Assembly (NCBI GenBank): GCA_001829185.1
Contig: MIAR01000032.1
Location: 306,414-370,413 of the forward strand
DNA: 64,000 bases
Direction: 5' to 3'
Source: Spirochaetes bacterium GWB1_60_80
GTDB taxonomy: Bacteria > Spirochaetota > Spirochaetia > Treponematales > UBA12059
Position 1 is the stretch's first letter. Each line of letters opens with the position of its first letter. Shown in pieces: positions 1-9,697 of this stretch. The translations under genes and the position numbers were made by a program. The notes beneath the pieces were generated by a model that saw only the letters and a list, made by a program, of their open reading frames with translations, was not told the origin of the DNA and searched no databases.

Positions 1-1
1 T

Positions 2-1105
2 AATATCGCCATTGGTCCGACCGGGAACCCCTTCCCGATAGAGAACAATTTCGCCTCCGAAGGCGTCCTGCGCTATGATAACCCGCAGCTTTCCATAATC
101 TTGGGCCGCCAAGCCGCTAGCCAGGGCCCTTCCACGCTCAGTAACTTGCAGGTGACTCGCCATTTACCGTACCTTGATGCCTTGCGCGTTGAAGTGCGGC
201 TCGGACCGGACTGGAGCTTCAGCCAGATCGTGGCTAGCCTGGAAAACCGCGCAGTGCTGGGCGATGTAACCCTCCCAGTCATTGACGGTCAACCCATCGA
301 CGGCTATGACTTTGAAACCACCAATATTTGGCTGTCGTCGCGCCGCTTTGCGCTGCGGGGCGACTGGTTCGAGTTTGGCATCGGCGCACTCAGCCTGGTA
401 TCACGGCCCTACAATGCCTTCCATATCGGCGATATTCTGCCGGTATTCTCGATGCACAATGGCAATCCGGGGTGGCATAATCTCTCTTTGCATGCCGATT
501 TTAGCGTTGACCTGTGGCCTGGTCAGCGTCAGTACCTGATAGCTGGCTTGGATGATTTTAACGCCAACCTAGTTGGGATTGGTGATGGTGGCGTGCCGAC
601 CATTTGGGCCGTCATTCTGGGAGGCGACGGCACGGTCGAATTCGGCGGCTTGAACTTGAAGTACGGGCTGGAAATGGCAGCCACGCATTATTTATGGGGC
701 AACTTCCATGCCCATCATATCTTGAGCCGGGCGCTGTATCGCTATGCTATCGATTGGCCGCTGCTTTTGCCGTTGACCTCGCCCTACGGACCGGGTCGGC
801 TGTCCTTTGCGGGCGAGGCCAGCCTGGCGTTGCCCTGGCAACTGGCGCTCCAGCTGTCTGGCTTGCTGCTCTTTGGCGATCCGGACATCAACCTAGTAAC
901 GACGTCTTACGAAGTGCAGGTCACCGAGACGGAGTTCCTGTTGGGGCGGATGGATCTGCGCGTTAGCCGGACACTATTCGACGGCTTGACCGCCTACCTT
1001 TCCGGCGGGCTGGATTTCCTGCCAGGCGGTCTGGAGTGGCGGATTCAAGCTGGAGCGGCTTGGAAAATCAGTGTTGGCAGTGTTTTTAAGGCTGAAAACC
1101 GCTAA
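2..1105 (+). CDS. hypothetical protein, 5'-partial (reading frame open to the window edge)
   Basis: The frame of ORF 101..1105 has no stop back to position 2, so the gene starts outside the window. Gly/Leu/Trp-rich with no recognisable motif. Possibly a beta-rich envelope protein. Confidence 0.5.
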   Translation, partial: NIAIGPTGNPFPIENNFASEGVLRYDNPQLSIILGRQAASQGPSTLSNLQVTRHLPYLDALRVEVRLGPDWSFSQIVASLENRAVLGDVTLPVIDGQPIDGYDFETTNIWLSSRRFALRGDWFEFGIGALSLVSRPYNAFHIGDILPVFSMHNGNPGWHNLSLHADFSVDLWPGQRQYLIAGLDDFNANLVGIGDGGVPTIWAVILGGDGTVEFGGLNLKYGLEMAATHYLWGNFHAHHILSRALYRYAIDWPLLLPLTSPYGPGRLSFAGEASLALPWQLALQLSGLLLFGDPDINLVTTSYEVQVTETEFLLGRMDLRVSRTLFDGLTAYLSGGLDFLPGGLEWRIQAGAAWKISVGSVFKAENR

Positions 1106-1342
1106 GATTCCCGGCTTATCCATTTGACACATTTTTAAATTTGGTGTACTGTTTCTTTGTTGGATACGAATCGTGTTTTAAGGACCTGAACCTGTTAGAT
1201 TTTCGCCGAATTACCAAAGTGTATATCGTTGCACCGCTTTTGGCAAATCCCGCATCTTCGTGCTGCCTGCCTTCTGGTCTTCAATCCCGACTACGTTCCA
1301 CTACTAACTCAAGCCCGGCAATGCCGGCAAAAGGACCATTAG

Positions 1343-1636
1343 ATGGCTAAGAAACTCTATGTAGGAAACCTCTCCTACGGCACCAGCGAAGACGGACTGC
1401 GCACCGCCTTCGGTCAATTCGGCGAAGTTGCCTCCGTGAACATTGTAATCGATCGCGATTCCGGCCGCTCCAAAGGCTTTGGTTTTGTTGAAATGACCAG
1501 TGAAGACGCCGCCATGGCCGCTATCAGCGGCATGAATGGCCGTGAAGTCGATGGCCGCTCACTTCGTGTTAACGAAGCCAACGAGCGCCCGCCGCGCCGT
1601 GAGTACGGTGGCGGCGGCGGTGGAAACCGCTGGTAA
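1343..1636 (+). CDS. RRM-type RNA-binding protein (glycine-rich C-terminus)
   Basis: RNP-2 LYVGNL and RNP-1 KGFGFVEM motifs, GGGGG tail. Shine-Dalgarno-like aaggacc before ATG. Long, lower-GC 5' leader (1106-1342). Confidence 0.9.
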   Translation: MAKKLYVGNLSYGTSEDGLRTAFGQFGEVASVNIVIDRDSGRSKGFGFVEMTSEDAAMAAISGMNGREVDGRSLRVNEANERPPRREYGGGGGGNRW

Positions 1637-1651
1637 GCGATAACTCGCACC

Positions 1652-1690
1652 AAAAAAACCCGTTGGCACTTGATGCTGACGGGTTTTTTT
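1652..1690 (+). terminator. rho-independent terminator after the RRM protein gene
   Basis: aaaaaaacccgt-ggcacttgatgctg-acgggttttttt: GC stem followed by a 7-T run. Confidence 0.8.
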
Positions 1691-1741
1691 ATGCCCGGAA
1701 GAGCGGTTGACAAGGCCTAGTGGCCGTTCCATAATTGGCTC

Positions 1742-3133
1742 ATGGGTATATATTTCGCTATCCTTATACCGGTCATTTTCGTCTCGCTGGTCATCCTGAT
1801 TGGCGGATCGGTTTTTTCGCCCAAAAACAAGAAACAGAAGGCCAAGAGTCGCAAGAAGCGTTTCCACGACAAGGATCATGCCCAGATTCTCAAGGAAGCC
1901 AACCGGCGTCTGGCGCAGAACCCGAAGGATCCGGACGCCCTGATAGCCCTTGGCGAGGTCTATTACACCGAGCAGGCTTGGGACAAAGCTTTCAAAATTT
2001 ACGAAAACTTGCTGGATGTCTCGGCCGGGAACCCGGAGCTTGACGAATTCGAGATCAACCGGGCGTATGGTATGGTAGCGCTCAAGCTGAATCGATTAGA
2101 AGAAGCTTACAAAGGCCTGGCGGTGGCCCATGCGGTGCGCCAGGACGACTTCGAAACCAACTTCAATTTAGGCTACCTCGAATTCCAGCGCCGCCAGTAT
2201 GAGAAAGCGGTCTTACTCTTGAAGGTGGCATTGCGGGTAAACCCCGAGCACGCCATGGCGCTGCGCTACCTGGGGCATTCCTATTTTAAGACTAAATCGT
2301 ACCGCGAGGCGATGGGCTGCCTGAAGCATGCCGTGGACCTGCAGCCAGACGATAAGGAAAGCCTGTTTGCCATGGGCGAATGCTACTACGAACTTAACCA
2401 GGCCGATCAGGCGCAACGCATCTTCACTCATTTGCGTACCGACCCGCAACTCGGGCCCTCGGCGGCTTTATTTGCCGGCACCCTGCATCTCAACCAGCGA
2501 CAGGTTCAGAAAGCCATCATGGATTTCGAGATCGGCCTGCGTCATCCTGACATGAAGGTCGAGGTGCTGGTTGAACTGAAGTATCGTCTGGCCGCCGCCT
2601 ATCTCAAGGAACAGGAGATATCCAAGGCGGTGACGCTGCTCAACGAGATTCAGCAGTTATATCCTAATTACAAAGATGTTATCAGCCAGCTTAACAAGTA
2701 CCGCGAGCTTAACTCCAACCGGAACTTGCAGACTTACCTGATGTCGCCGGCTAGCGATTTTATTACGCTGTGCCGCAAGATCACCTTGTCGTTCTTTCCG
2801 AAAGCCAAGATCAAGATCGTAGACATCGCCGTCGAGAAAAACGACTGGGCCGATATTCTGGCCGAGGTTGAGACCAGCCGCTGGTCGGATCTGGTGCTGT
2901 TTCGGATGATCCGGTCCACCGGCACGGTGGGCGAGTTGGCGTTGCGCGATTTTCATGGCCGCATCAAGGACACCAAGGCCGGTAAGGGGTATTGCGTGAC
3001 AGCGGGCACCTATTCCGACGAAGCCAAGAAATTCGTCGAGGCTCGCCTGATCGATCTAATTGAGAAAGAAAAGTTGATGAATTTCCTTAATACCATAGAC
3101 AGCCGCCAGAAAGGTGTTTTGATCGATGAATGA
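1742..3133 (+). CDS. membrane-anchored TPR-repeat protein with C-terminal restriction-endonuclease-like (Mrr_cat-like) domain
   Basis: N-terminal hydrophobic helix (IYFAILIPVIFVSLVILIGG) then a basic stretch. Multiple TPR-like repeats (ALIALGEVYY..., AMALRYLGHSYF..., FAMGECYY...). The C-terminal ~120 aa fit the pattern of Mrr-type restriction endonuclease catalytic domains (tentative). Confidence 0.7.
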   Translation: MGIYFAILIPVIFVSLVILIGGSVFSPKNKKQKAKSRKKRFHDKDHAQILKEANRRLAQNPKDPDALIALGEVYYTEQAWDKAFKIYENLLDVSAGNPELDEFEINRAYGMVALKLNRLEEAYKGLAVAHAVRQDDFETNFNLGYLEFQRRQYEKAVLLLKVALRVNPEHAMALRYLGHSYFKTKSYREAMGCLKHAVDLQPDDKESLFAMGECYYELNQADQAQRIFTHLRTDPQLGPSAALFAGTLHLNQRQVQKAIMDFEIGLRHPDMKVEVLVELKYRLAAAYLKEQEISKAVTLLNEIQQLYPNYKDVISQLNKYRELNSNRNLQTYLMSPASDFITLCRKITLSFFPKAKIKIVDIAVEKNDWADILAEVETSRWSDLVLFRMIRSTGTVGELALRDFHGRIKDTKAGKGYCVTAGTYSDEAKKFVEARLIDLIEKEKLMNFLNTIDSRQKGVLIDE

Positions 3134-4562
3134 AGTCGCCATGTTCGAGCCCGCAGTCTACCAGGCGCGGCGCGCCGCCCTCTGTGCCGCGCTTAGCGCG
3201 CAGCTGCGGGAGGCCGGCGTTTCGGTTGGACTGATTCTGCTGCCCGGCAACGCCGAAAGCCCGATGAATTACACCGATAATACCTACCGTTTCCGCCAGG
3301 ATTCGGCCTTTCTGTACTGCTTTGGTTTGGCCGAGCCAGACATGGCCGCCACCATTGACGTGGCCAGTGGGCGCACCACTTTGTATGCCGACGAGTTGAC
3401 GGTGGACATGCTGGTCTGGACCGGGCCGCGGCTTGGGGTGGCGGCCTTGGCGGCGGCCTGCGCGGCTGACGATGTGCAACCCTCTGCGGCTTTGCCCTGT
3501 ACCCTGCGAGCAGCGGCCGCACGCGACGGCTTGCCATTGTTCCTGCCACCCTACCGTGGTGAAACCTGCCTGCGCTTGGCCGCATGGCTGGACGTGCCAG
3601 CCGCCATGCTGGCCGACAAGGCTTCCTTGCCGCTTATCAAAGCTATGATAGCGCTGCGCCAGATCAAAGAAGAGCGTGAGGTCGAGCAGATCGAGCAGGC
3701 GGTGAACACCACTATTGCCATGCATCGCGCCGTCATGGCGCTGGGGACGCCGGGCCGTAGCGAGGCCGCGCTGATGGCCGAAGCCACGCGGGTGGCCCTG
3801 GCCGGCGGCGGCATGCCGTCGTTCCCGCCTATTGCCACGGTGCGCGGCGCCGTCCTCCACAACCACGGCTACCCGGGTTACTTGCGTTCCGGTGACCTGT
3901 TTCTGCTGGACGCCGGCGCCGAGACCGTCATGGGCTATGCTGGCGACCTGACTACTACCTTCCCGGTGGACGGGAAATACAGTCCGCAGCAACGGGCTAT
4001 CTACGAGATCGTGCTGGCGGCGGGCAAGGCCGCTGCCGGTTTACTCAAGCCAGGACTTCCCTTCAAAGAGGCCCACTTCGCGGCCGCCCGCACTATCGTC
4101 GAGGGCCTGCAAGCCCTGGGCTTGATGAGTGGCCCGCTGGACGAGATTATCGCTGCCGGCGCCCATGCCCTGTTCTTTCCGCACGGCCTGGGCCATCAGA
4201 TGGGGCTGGATGTGCACGATATGGAATCACTGGGCGAGGCGCAGGTCGGCTATGATGGCCAGCCGAAGAGTACGCAGTTCGGCCTCAAAAGCCTGCGCCT
4301 GGCCAAGCCCTTGCTGGCCGGCATGGTGCTGACCATCGAGCCGGGCATCTACTTCATCGAGGGGCTGATAGCCCTCTGGCGAGCTGAAGGCCGCTTCAAG
4401 CAGTACATCCATTATGACCGCTTGGAACCCTGGCTGCAGGCCGGCGGCTACCGCAATGAGGAAAACTGGCTGATCCGCGCCGACGGCGCCCACCTTCTGG
4501 GTGCGCGCTTCGACAAGTCGGTAGCCGGCATGGAAACCGCCCTGGCTGGCCGTCGGAGCTGA
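3126..4562 (+). CDS. pepP: Xaa-Pro aminopeptidase (M24B family)
   Basis: Pita-bread fold metal-site motifs HGLGHQMGLDVHD and LTIEPGIY. N-terminal creatinase/prolidase-like domain. Start overlaps the upstream stop. Confidence 0.85.
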   Translation: MNEVAMFEPAVYQARRAALCAALSAQLREAGVSVGLILLPGNAESPMNYTDNTYRFRQDSAFLYCFGLAEPDMAATIDVASGRTTLYADELTVDMLVWTGPRLGVAALAAACAADDVQPSAALPCTLRAAAARDGLPLFLPPYRGETCLRLAAWLDVPAAMLADKASLPLIKAMIALRQIKEEREVEQIEQAVNTTIAMHRAVMALGTPGRSEAALMAEATRVALAGGGMPSFPPIATVRGAVLHNHGYPGYLRSGDLFLLDAGAETVMGYAGDLTTTFPVDGKYSPQQRAIYEIVLAAGKAAAGLLKPGLPFKEAHFAAARTIVEGLQALGLMSGPLDEIIAAGAHALFFPHGLGHQMGLDVHDMESLGEAQVGYDGQPKSTQFGLKSLRLAKPLLAGMVLTIEPGIYFIEGLIALWRAEGRFKQYIHYDRLEPWLQAGGYRNEENWLIRADGAHLLGARFDKSVAGMETALAGRRS

Positions 4563-4619
4563 CCGGCTTGGCCGGCGGGCTGACACACTGGCATGCTGTC
4601 CAGCCGCCTAGGCTAGCGT

Positions 4620-5288
4620 TTAGTCCGCCAGGCTGGTTTGCCTGGTCGCTTCATAGCAGTATACCAAGCCAAAATAGTCCACTACCGCCAGTTTGACGGC
4701 CGCCATGTCCTGGGCGCGGCCGAGAATGTTTTGGAGTGAGGTGACGGTCTTGCCGACCAGGCCGCAAGGCACGATGTAATTGAAGTGCGCCAGATTGGTG
4801 TTGACGTTGAAGGCGAAGCCGTGGAAGGTGACGGCGTGCTGGACGGCTAGGCCCATGGCCACCAGTTTGGAGTCTTCGTGCCAGACGCCGGTGTTGACTG
4901 CGCTGCGCGCCACCGTCAGCCCGAAGCGCTCGGCGCAGAGCCGGATGAAGACTTCTTCCAGCCGCTGCACGAAGCGCTTGATGCTGCCGCCGTGATTTTT
5001 TTTGAGGTTGAAGATCGGGTAGCCGACCAGCTGGCCGGGGCCGTGGTAGGTGGCGTCGCCGCCGCGCTCGATGTGGAACAGGTCGATGCCGGCCTGTTTG
5101 AGGGCTTCGGCGCTGAACAGCAGGTTGGCGCCGTTGGCATGGCGGCCCATGGTGATGACCGGCTGGTGCTCCACTAAGAGTAGCGTATCGGGGAAGTCGC
5201 CGGCCTGAACCTTGGCGACATAGTCGTACTGCAGCTGCAAGGTGGCGGCATAGTCGTGCTGGCCGCAATCGATGACATTCAATTCCAT
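4620..5288 (-). CDS. lipB: lipoyl(octanoyl) transferase
   Basis: LLLVEHQPVITMGR, RGGDATYHGPGQLVGYPIF, VAMGLAV and a C-terminal Cys; typical LipB length (222 aa). Confidence 0.9.
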   Translation of the reverse strand: MELNVIDCGQHDYAATLQLQYDYVAKVQAGDFPDTLLLVEHQPVITMGRHANGANLLFSAEALKQAGIDLFHIERGGDATYHGPGQLVGYPIFNLKKNHGGSIKRFVQRLEEVFIRLCAERFGLTVARSAVNTGVWHEDSKLVAMGLAVQHAVTFHGFAFNVNTNLAHFNYIVPCGLVGKTVTSLQNILGRAQDMAAVKLAVVDYFGLVYCYEATRQTSLAD

Positions 5289-5345
5289 TGTACTGGCTCC
5301 CTCTCGGCTGGCGTTGCCCCATCATCGGAAATTCGCCGCCGTGTG

Positions 5346-6242
5346 TCAATCTGCCTGACCTCCTTTTACAGCATTGAACTCCGGCAGGTTGTAGCGGTGC
5401 TTGAGGGGCAGGAAGCTGCGCTGGCAGCGCGGGTTAGCTCTCTCGGCAATGGTAATCGTATCAAAATACTGCCGCCATAGTTCCTGGATGACGAGTTCGC
5501 CTGCCGAGTGGCGCAGATCCTGCGGATTGACGCTGAAGCCTTCCAGGAAGGCCAGCGCTTGGCCTGGCTGATGCAGGCAAGCGCGCCCGCGACCGCTGTC
5601 GTGCAGTATCCAGCGCTGGCCCGGGAAGCGGGCGGCGAAGTGTTCGGCCAGCCAGCCGATGACGTCGCAGGCCGGCTGGATGTCGGCGTACAGGCTGCCA
5701 TCGACCAGTTCGGCGAAGCGGCTGATACCCTTGAACAGGTTCAGCTCGCGGCAGCTGCGGGTGATGGCTTTTTGGACGACGATCACGGCCGGGGCGTCCA
5801 GGCGCTGTAGGGCGGTGGCGCCTTCGGCCCAGGCCAGACGCAGGACACGCGCCAGGGCGCTGTCCAGGCTGAGGCCGTTGGCTGCGCCGAGGTCGCTGGC
5901 CCAGGCTTGCTGCAGCCGCTCCAGGCAGTCGCTACCCAGGCGGGCCAACAAGCGCTGGTAACAGCGTTCAGCCCGATCCGGGTCGTTGTCTACCGGCACG
6001 CGGCTACCGAACAGGTCTGTTTGTTGGCCCGGGCGGCAGACGCCAGGCAGGCGTTCCTCCGGCAAGCCGGCGTGGAAGCGCAGGTTCAACAGCTCGGCCA
6101 TGGTACACAGCCAGCCGGAATAGCTGCCGTCGTATTCCAGGCTGTCGTCCGGCGCGGCAGCTAGGCTAGCGGCCGGCGCACCGGTTGAGCTGGCAGCTAA
6201 GCTGGCGGCCGGGGGGGCAAGCGGTGCGGTTCTCAGGTCCAT
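5346..6242 (-). CDS. TIGR03915-family putative DNA metabolism/repair protein (DUF4130), partner of the radical SAM DNA repair protein
   Basis: The family-typical N-terminus YDGSYSGWLCTMAEL follows an Ala/Pro-rich leader. It overlaps the upstream radical SAM gene by 10 bp. Confidence 0.75.
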   Translation of the reverse strand: MDLRTAPLAPPAASLAASSTGAPAASLAAAPDDSLEYDGSYSGWLCTMAELLNLRFHAGLPEERLPGVCRPGQQTDLFGSRVPVDNDPDRAERCYQRLLARLGSDCLERLQQAWASDLGAANGLSLDSALARVLRLAWAEGATALQRLDAPAVIVVQKAITRSCRELNLFKGISRFAELVDGSLYADIQPACDVIGWLAEHFAARFPGQRWILHDSGRGRACLHQPGQALAFLEGFSVNPQDLRHSAGELVIQELWRQYFDTITIAERANPRCQRSFLPLKHRYNLPEFNAVKGGQAD

Positions 6243-7978
6243 GCGAATTCCGTCTGGCCAGTACCGGCTAGCCCGCTGCTGATGAGCCCACTGCCGATGA
6301 GCCCAGGTAGGGCGCTGTCGCCGTCCAGCGTTAGGACGGCGCGCAGGCTACGCTCGCGGTCTAATAGGTCATGGTGGTAGACGCTCTGGCCGGAGCAGGT
6401 GATAAAATATTGCGCCCGCTTGAGCTGGATGCCTAGGCCGCGCAGCTTGTCGGGCTTCAGGCCGATCTGCCGCCGGGCCTGGATTATGCGCTTGGCGCCG
6501 ATCGGGCCTATACCAGGCACGCGCAGTAGTTGGTGGTAATCGGCTTTATTGATGTCGACCGGGAAATACTGCAGGTTGCGCAGGGCCCAGGCCGCCTTGG
6601 GGTCGAGCTGGCGGTCCAGGAAGGGTTCCTCCGGGCTGAGGATCTCGGCGGCGTTGAAGCCGTAGAAGCGGAACAGCCAGTCGGCCTGGTAGAGGCGATG
6701 CTCACGCAGCAGGTTGGTGGCGGTATCGATAGCCGCGCCAGACTGGTCGGCCATGACTGTCGGTGGATCGGCTGTTGCGCTCGGCATTAGCGTGGCGGTC
6801 GAGTCGCTGGCTGGGCTGGCGGCTGGTTCGGGAAGCCGTTTGGCGGCTGGGCCATTGGGCTGGGACCAGGCGGGCGGCAACAGGGGCGCTTGGACGCGGG
6901 TGTCGTCCCCGACCGGCATGTAGGCTGAATAGTAGACCCGTCGGACGTCGTAGGCCAGGTAGAGGTTTTCGGCTAGGTTGAGGATGGCGTAATCGCTTTC
7001 CGGGCTGGCGCCGATGACCATCTGGGTGGTCTGCCCGGCCGGCAGGAGCGCGGCCTGGGGGTTGCGCTGGCGGTTTTGGCGGGCGGCCCGGACGCTGGCC
7101 GGGTTCAGGCTGGGCACCGGCGCCTCGCGCAGTTCAAGCGTGGCGGCCCGATCCATGCCTGGCCAGTTGGCAGCCGGCGGCGCAGTGGCGGGGCGCGCGG
7201 CGGCTGGCAGGGTGGCAAGCTGACTTGCTGACTGGGCAGCGGCAGTTTGGCGCTCCGGCGACGTGGCGGCTGGCGGCAGGGTAGAGGCGCTGAGTTGCCT
7301 GGTCGGCGGGAGCGAGGTTGAGGGTAATACCAAGCGGCGTGGTTCGAAGCCGCCGGCCCGGGCCAGGCTGCGCATTGGCCGGAAAATGTCGGCCGGGAGT
7401 TTATCAGGGGCTACTAGGCGCAGGCTGGCGGCGCTGGGTAACTCGATATTGACCGAGGCGCGGTCGGCCCAGCGGGCGGCCTCCAGGATCAACTCGTCGC
7501 TGGCGCCGGGTATGACCTTGATGTGCAGGTAGCCGTTGAAGCGTTCGCGCTGGCGCAGCGACCGGGCGACGTGGATCAGCCGCTCCATGGTGGCATCCGG
7601 GCCGCCGCAGACGCCGGAGGACAGCAAGGCGCCTTCTATATAGTTGCGCCGGTAGAAGTCCATGATCAGGCGGACTAACTCTTCCGGCTCAAAGGCGCTG
7701 CGGGCGATGTCGTTGCTGCGGCGGTTGACGCAGTAGGCGCAATCGTAGGCGCAGGCGTTGCTGAGCAGCACCTTGAGCAAGGCTACGCAGCGACCGTCGG
7801 CCGACCAGCTGTGGCAGATACCGCTGACCGCCGCGTTGCCGATGCCACCGGGTTGGTTTTGTCGACCTGAACCAGAGGTGGAGCAGGAGGCGTCGTACTT
7901 GGCGGCGTTAGCCAGGATGGTCAGCTTGTGGTCGATCATACTTAACAACATAGTAGTATACATCTGTGTAGTGGTCAA
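6233..7978 (-). CDS. putative DNA modification/repair radical SAM protein (TIGR03916-like) with C-terminal helix-hairpin-helix; contains a long low-complexity insertion
   Basis: CAYDCAYC (CxxxCxxC) radical SAM motif near the N-terminus. The C-terminal HhH reads [17 protein letters not shown] ~150-aa Pro/Ala/Ser-rich segment sits between the two domains. Confidence 0.8.
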   Translation of the reverse strand: MTTTQMYTTMLLSMIDHKLTILANAAKYDASCSTSGSGRQNQPGGIGNAAVSGICHSWSADGRCVALLKVLLSNACAYDCAYCVNRRSNDIARSAFEPEELVRLIMDFYRRNYIEGALLSSGVCGGPDATMERLIHVARSLRQRERFNGYLHIKVIPGASDELILEAARWADRASVNIELPSAASLRLVAPDKLPADIFRPMRSLARAGGFEPRRLVLPSTSLPPTRQLSASTLPPAATSPERQTAAAQSASQLATLPAAARPATAPPAANWPGMDRAATLELREAPVPSLNPASVRAARQNRQRNPQAALLPAGQTTQMVIGASPESDYAILNLAENLYLAYDVRRVYYSAYMPVGDDTRVQAPLLPPAWSQPNGPAAKRLPEPAASPASDSTATLMPSATADPPTVMADQSGAAIDTATNLLREHRLYQADWLFRFYGFNAAEILSPEEPFLDRQLDPKAAWALRNLQYFPVDINKADYHQLLRVPGIGPIGAKRIIQARRQIGLKPDKLRGLGIQLKRAQYFITCSGQSVYHHDLLDRERSLRAVLTLDGDSALPGLIGSGLISSGLAGTGQTEFAWT

Positions 7979-8092
7979 GCTTTTTTCGGTTCAGACTTGA
8001 CGGTCGGCGCCAAAAAGACTAGGCTGACTTTGGGCATTACCGTTTCCAGCGGCCGTGACGGCCCGCTAACCCGATACGCACAGGAGCACTAT

Positions 8093-9391
8093 ATGAGCAT
8101 GATCGAATATGTTGAGGCACGTGAAATTCTGGATTCTCGGGGCAACCCGACCATTGAGGTAGACGTTATCCTGGAAGACGGTACCCTGGGTCGGGCGGCC
8201 GTTCCGAGTGGCGCCTCCACCGGCGAGCACGAAGCGGTCGAGCTGCGCGATGGCGACAAATCGCGCTATATGGGCAAGGGCGTCCTCAAGGCCATCGAGA
8301 ACGTCAACAATATCATCGCTGGCGAGCTGTGCGGCTTGGACGTTCTGGAGCAGGTCGACATCGACCGTACCATGATAGAGGTGGACGGCACCCCGAATAA
8401 AGGCAAGCTAGGCGCCAACGCCATCCTGGGCGTTTCTATGGCCTGCGCCCGCGCCGCCGCCGAGTTCCTGGACATCCCGCTCTACAAGTACCTGGGCGGC
8501 GCCCATACCACGCTCTTGCCGGTGCCGATGGCCAACATCATCAACGGCGGAAAGCACGCCGACAACAAAATCGACTTTCAGGAATTCATGGTCATGCCGC
8601 TGGGCGCCGGTAGCTTCCGCGAGGCAGTCCGCATGACCGCCGAAGTCTTCCATACCCTGAAAGGCCTGCTCAAGGCCGCTGGCCACAATACCTCCGTTGG
8701 CGACGAGGGCGGCTTTGCCCCGAATATCGGCAACGAGGATGCCCTGGACTTCATCATGAAGGCCATCGAAAAGGCCGGTTACAAGCCCGGCGAGCAGATC
8801 GGCATCGCCCTGGATTGCGCCAGCTCCGAGCTGTTTGACGAAGGCGGCAAGAAGGGCTACAAGTTCTGGAAGTCCAACCCGGACAAGCTGTTCAGCGCCG
8901 ATGACCTGATCGAGATGTACACCAAGTGGGTGGCCAAGTACCCGATTGTCTCCATTGAGGACGGCCTGGACCAGAACGACTGGGACGGCTACGTCAAGCT
9001 GACCAAGGCGCTCGGCGGCAAGATCCAGATCATGGGCGACGACTTCTTCGTGACCAACACCGAGTACCTGCGCAAGGGCATCGACCTGGGGGCCTGCAAC
9101 TCGATCCTGATCAAGCTCAATCAGATCGGCACCGTCACCGAGACCATCGAGTGCATCAATCTGGCCAAACGCCACAACTACACCGCCGTGGTGTCGCACC
9201 GCTCCGGCGAGACCGAGGACACCTTCCTGGCCGACCTAACCGTGGCCTGCGAGACCGGCCAGATCAAGACCGGCTCGATGAGCCGCACCGACCGCATCTG
9301 CAAGTACAACCAGCTGATGCGCATCGAAGACGCCATGGAAGGCATCGCCGAGTACGCCGGCAAGAACGCCTTCTATAACATCAAGAAATAA
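8093..9391 (+). CDS. eno: enolase (phosphopyruvate hydratase)
   Basis: [47 protein letters not shown] and [12 protein letters not shown] caggag 6 nt upstream of the ATG at 8093. The track ORF began at an upstream alternative start. Confidence 0.95.
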   Translation: MSMIEYVEAREILDSRGNPTIEVDVILEDGTLGRAAVPSGASTGEHEAVELRDGDKSRYMGKGVLKAIENVNNIIAGELCGLDVLEQVDIDRTMIEVDGTPNKGKLGANAILGVSMACARAAAEFLDIPLYKYLGGAHTTLLPVPMANIINGGKHADNKIDFQEFMVMPLGAGSFREAVRMTAEVFHTLKGLLKAAGHNTSVGDEGGFAPNIGNEDALDFIMKAIEKAGYKPGEQIGIALDCASSELFDEGGKKGYKFWKSNPDKLFSADDLIEMYTKWVAKYPIVSIEDGLDQNDWDGYVKLTKALGGKIQIMGDDFFVTNTEYLRKGIDLGACNSILIKLNQIGTVTETIECINLAKRHNYTAVVSHRSGETEDTFLADLTVACETGQIKTGSMSRTDRICKYNQLMRIEDAMEGIAEYAGKNAFYNIKK

Positions 9392-9459
9392 GTGGCTGAT
9401 GGGAAAGGCCGCCAACGAGGCGATGCTCCGGAAAACGCCCTACCGCAGCCATGCGGTAG

Positions 9460-9544
9460 GGGCGCGAGTTCCACTCGGGCGCGAGTTCCACTCGGGCGCG
9501 AGTTCCACTCGGGCGCGAGTTCCACTCGGGCGCGAGTTCCACTC
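9460..9544. repeat. perfect tandem repeat, 5 x 17 bp (gggcgcgagttccactc)
   Basis: Five contiguous identical 17-mers with no spacers, in the eno downstream region, preceded by a hairpin ctaccgcagccatgcggtag. Confidence 0.9.
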
Positions 9545-9619
9545 GCGAGTACGCCGGCAAGAACGCCTTCTATAACATCAAGAAATAGTAACTGAGGGCG
9601 ATGGCCGCCAACGAGGCGA
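9545..9619. repeat. second copy of the eno 3' end plus downstream flank (direct duplication of 9350..9423)
   Basis: gagtacgccggcaagaacgccttctataacatcaagaaata and the following ggccgccaacgaggcga motif occur twice, flanking the 17-bp tandem array. Confidence 0.8.
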
Positions 9620-9697
9620 AACTGTCGCCTGAGAATCAAGTAACGGGGGCAGCGGGTCGTTTTGGCTTGCTGCCTTTTTTACAGTGTGGGGGAGTTA

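Noticed and set aside
1141-1350. 69-aa ORF in the leader of the RRM-protein gene
   Set aside because: Lies in a lower-GC 5' leader, has no RBS, and overlaps the start of the real gene. More likely an untranslated leader.
4651-5349. 232-aa Arg-rich ORF overlapping lipB
   Set aside because: Alternative frame of lipB. Arg/Pro/Gly-rich composition. LipB motifs lie in the other frame.
8408-9199. 263-aa minus-strand ORF within eno
   Set aside because: Antisense to enolase, which has unambiguous conserved motifs.
9460-9544. Possible CRISPR array (regularly spaced 17-bp repeats)
   Set aside because: Repeats are contiguous with no spacers, only 17 bp, and no cas genes nearby. It is a simple tandem repeat.
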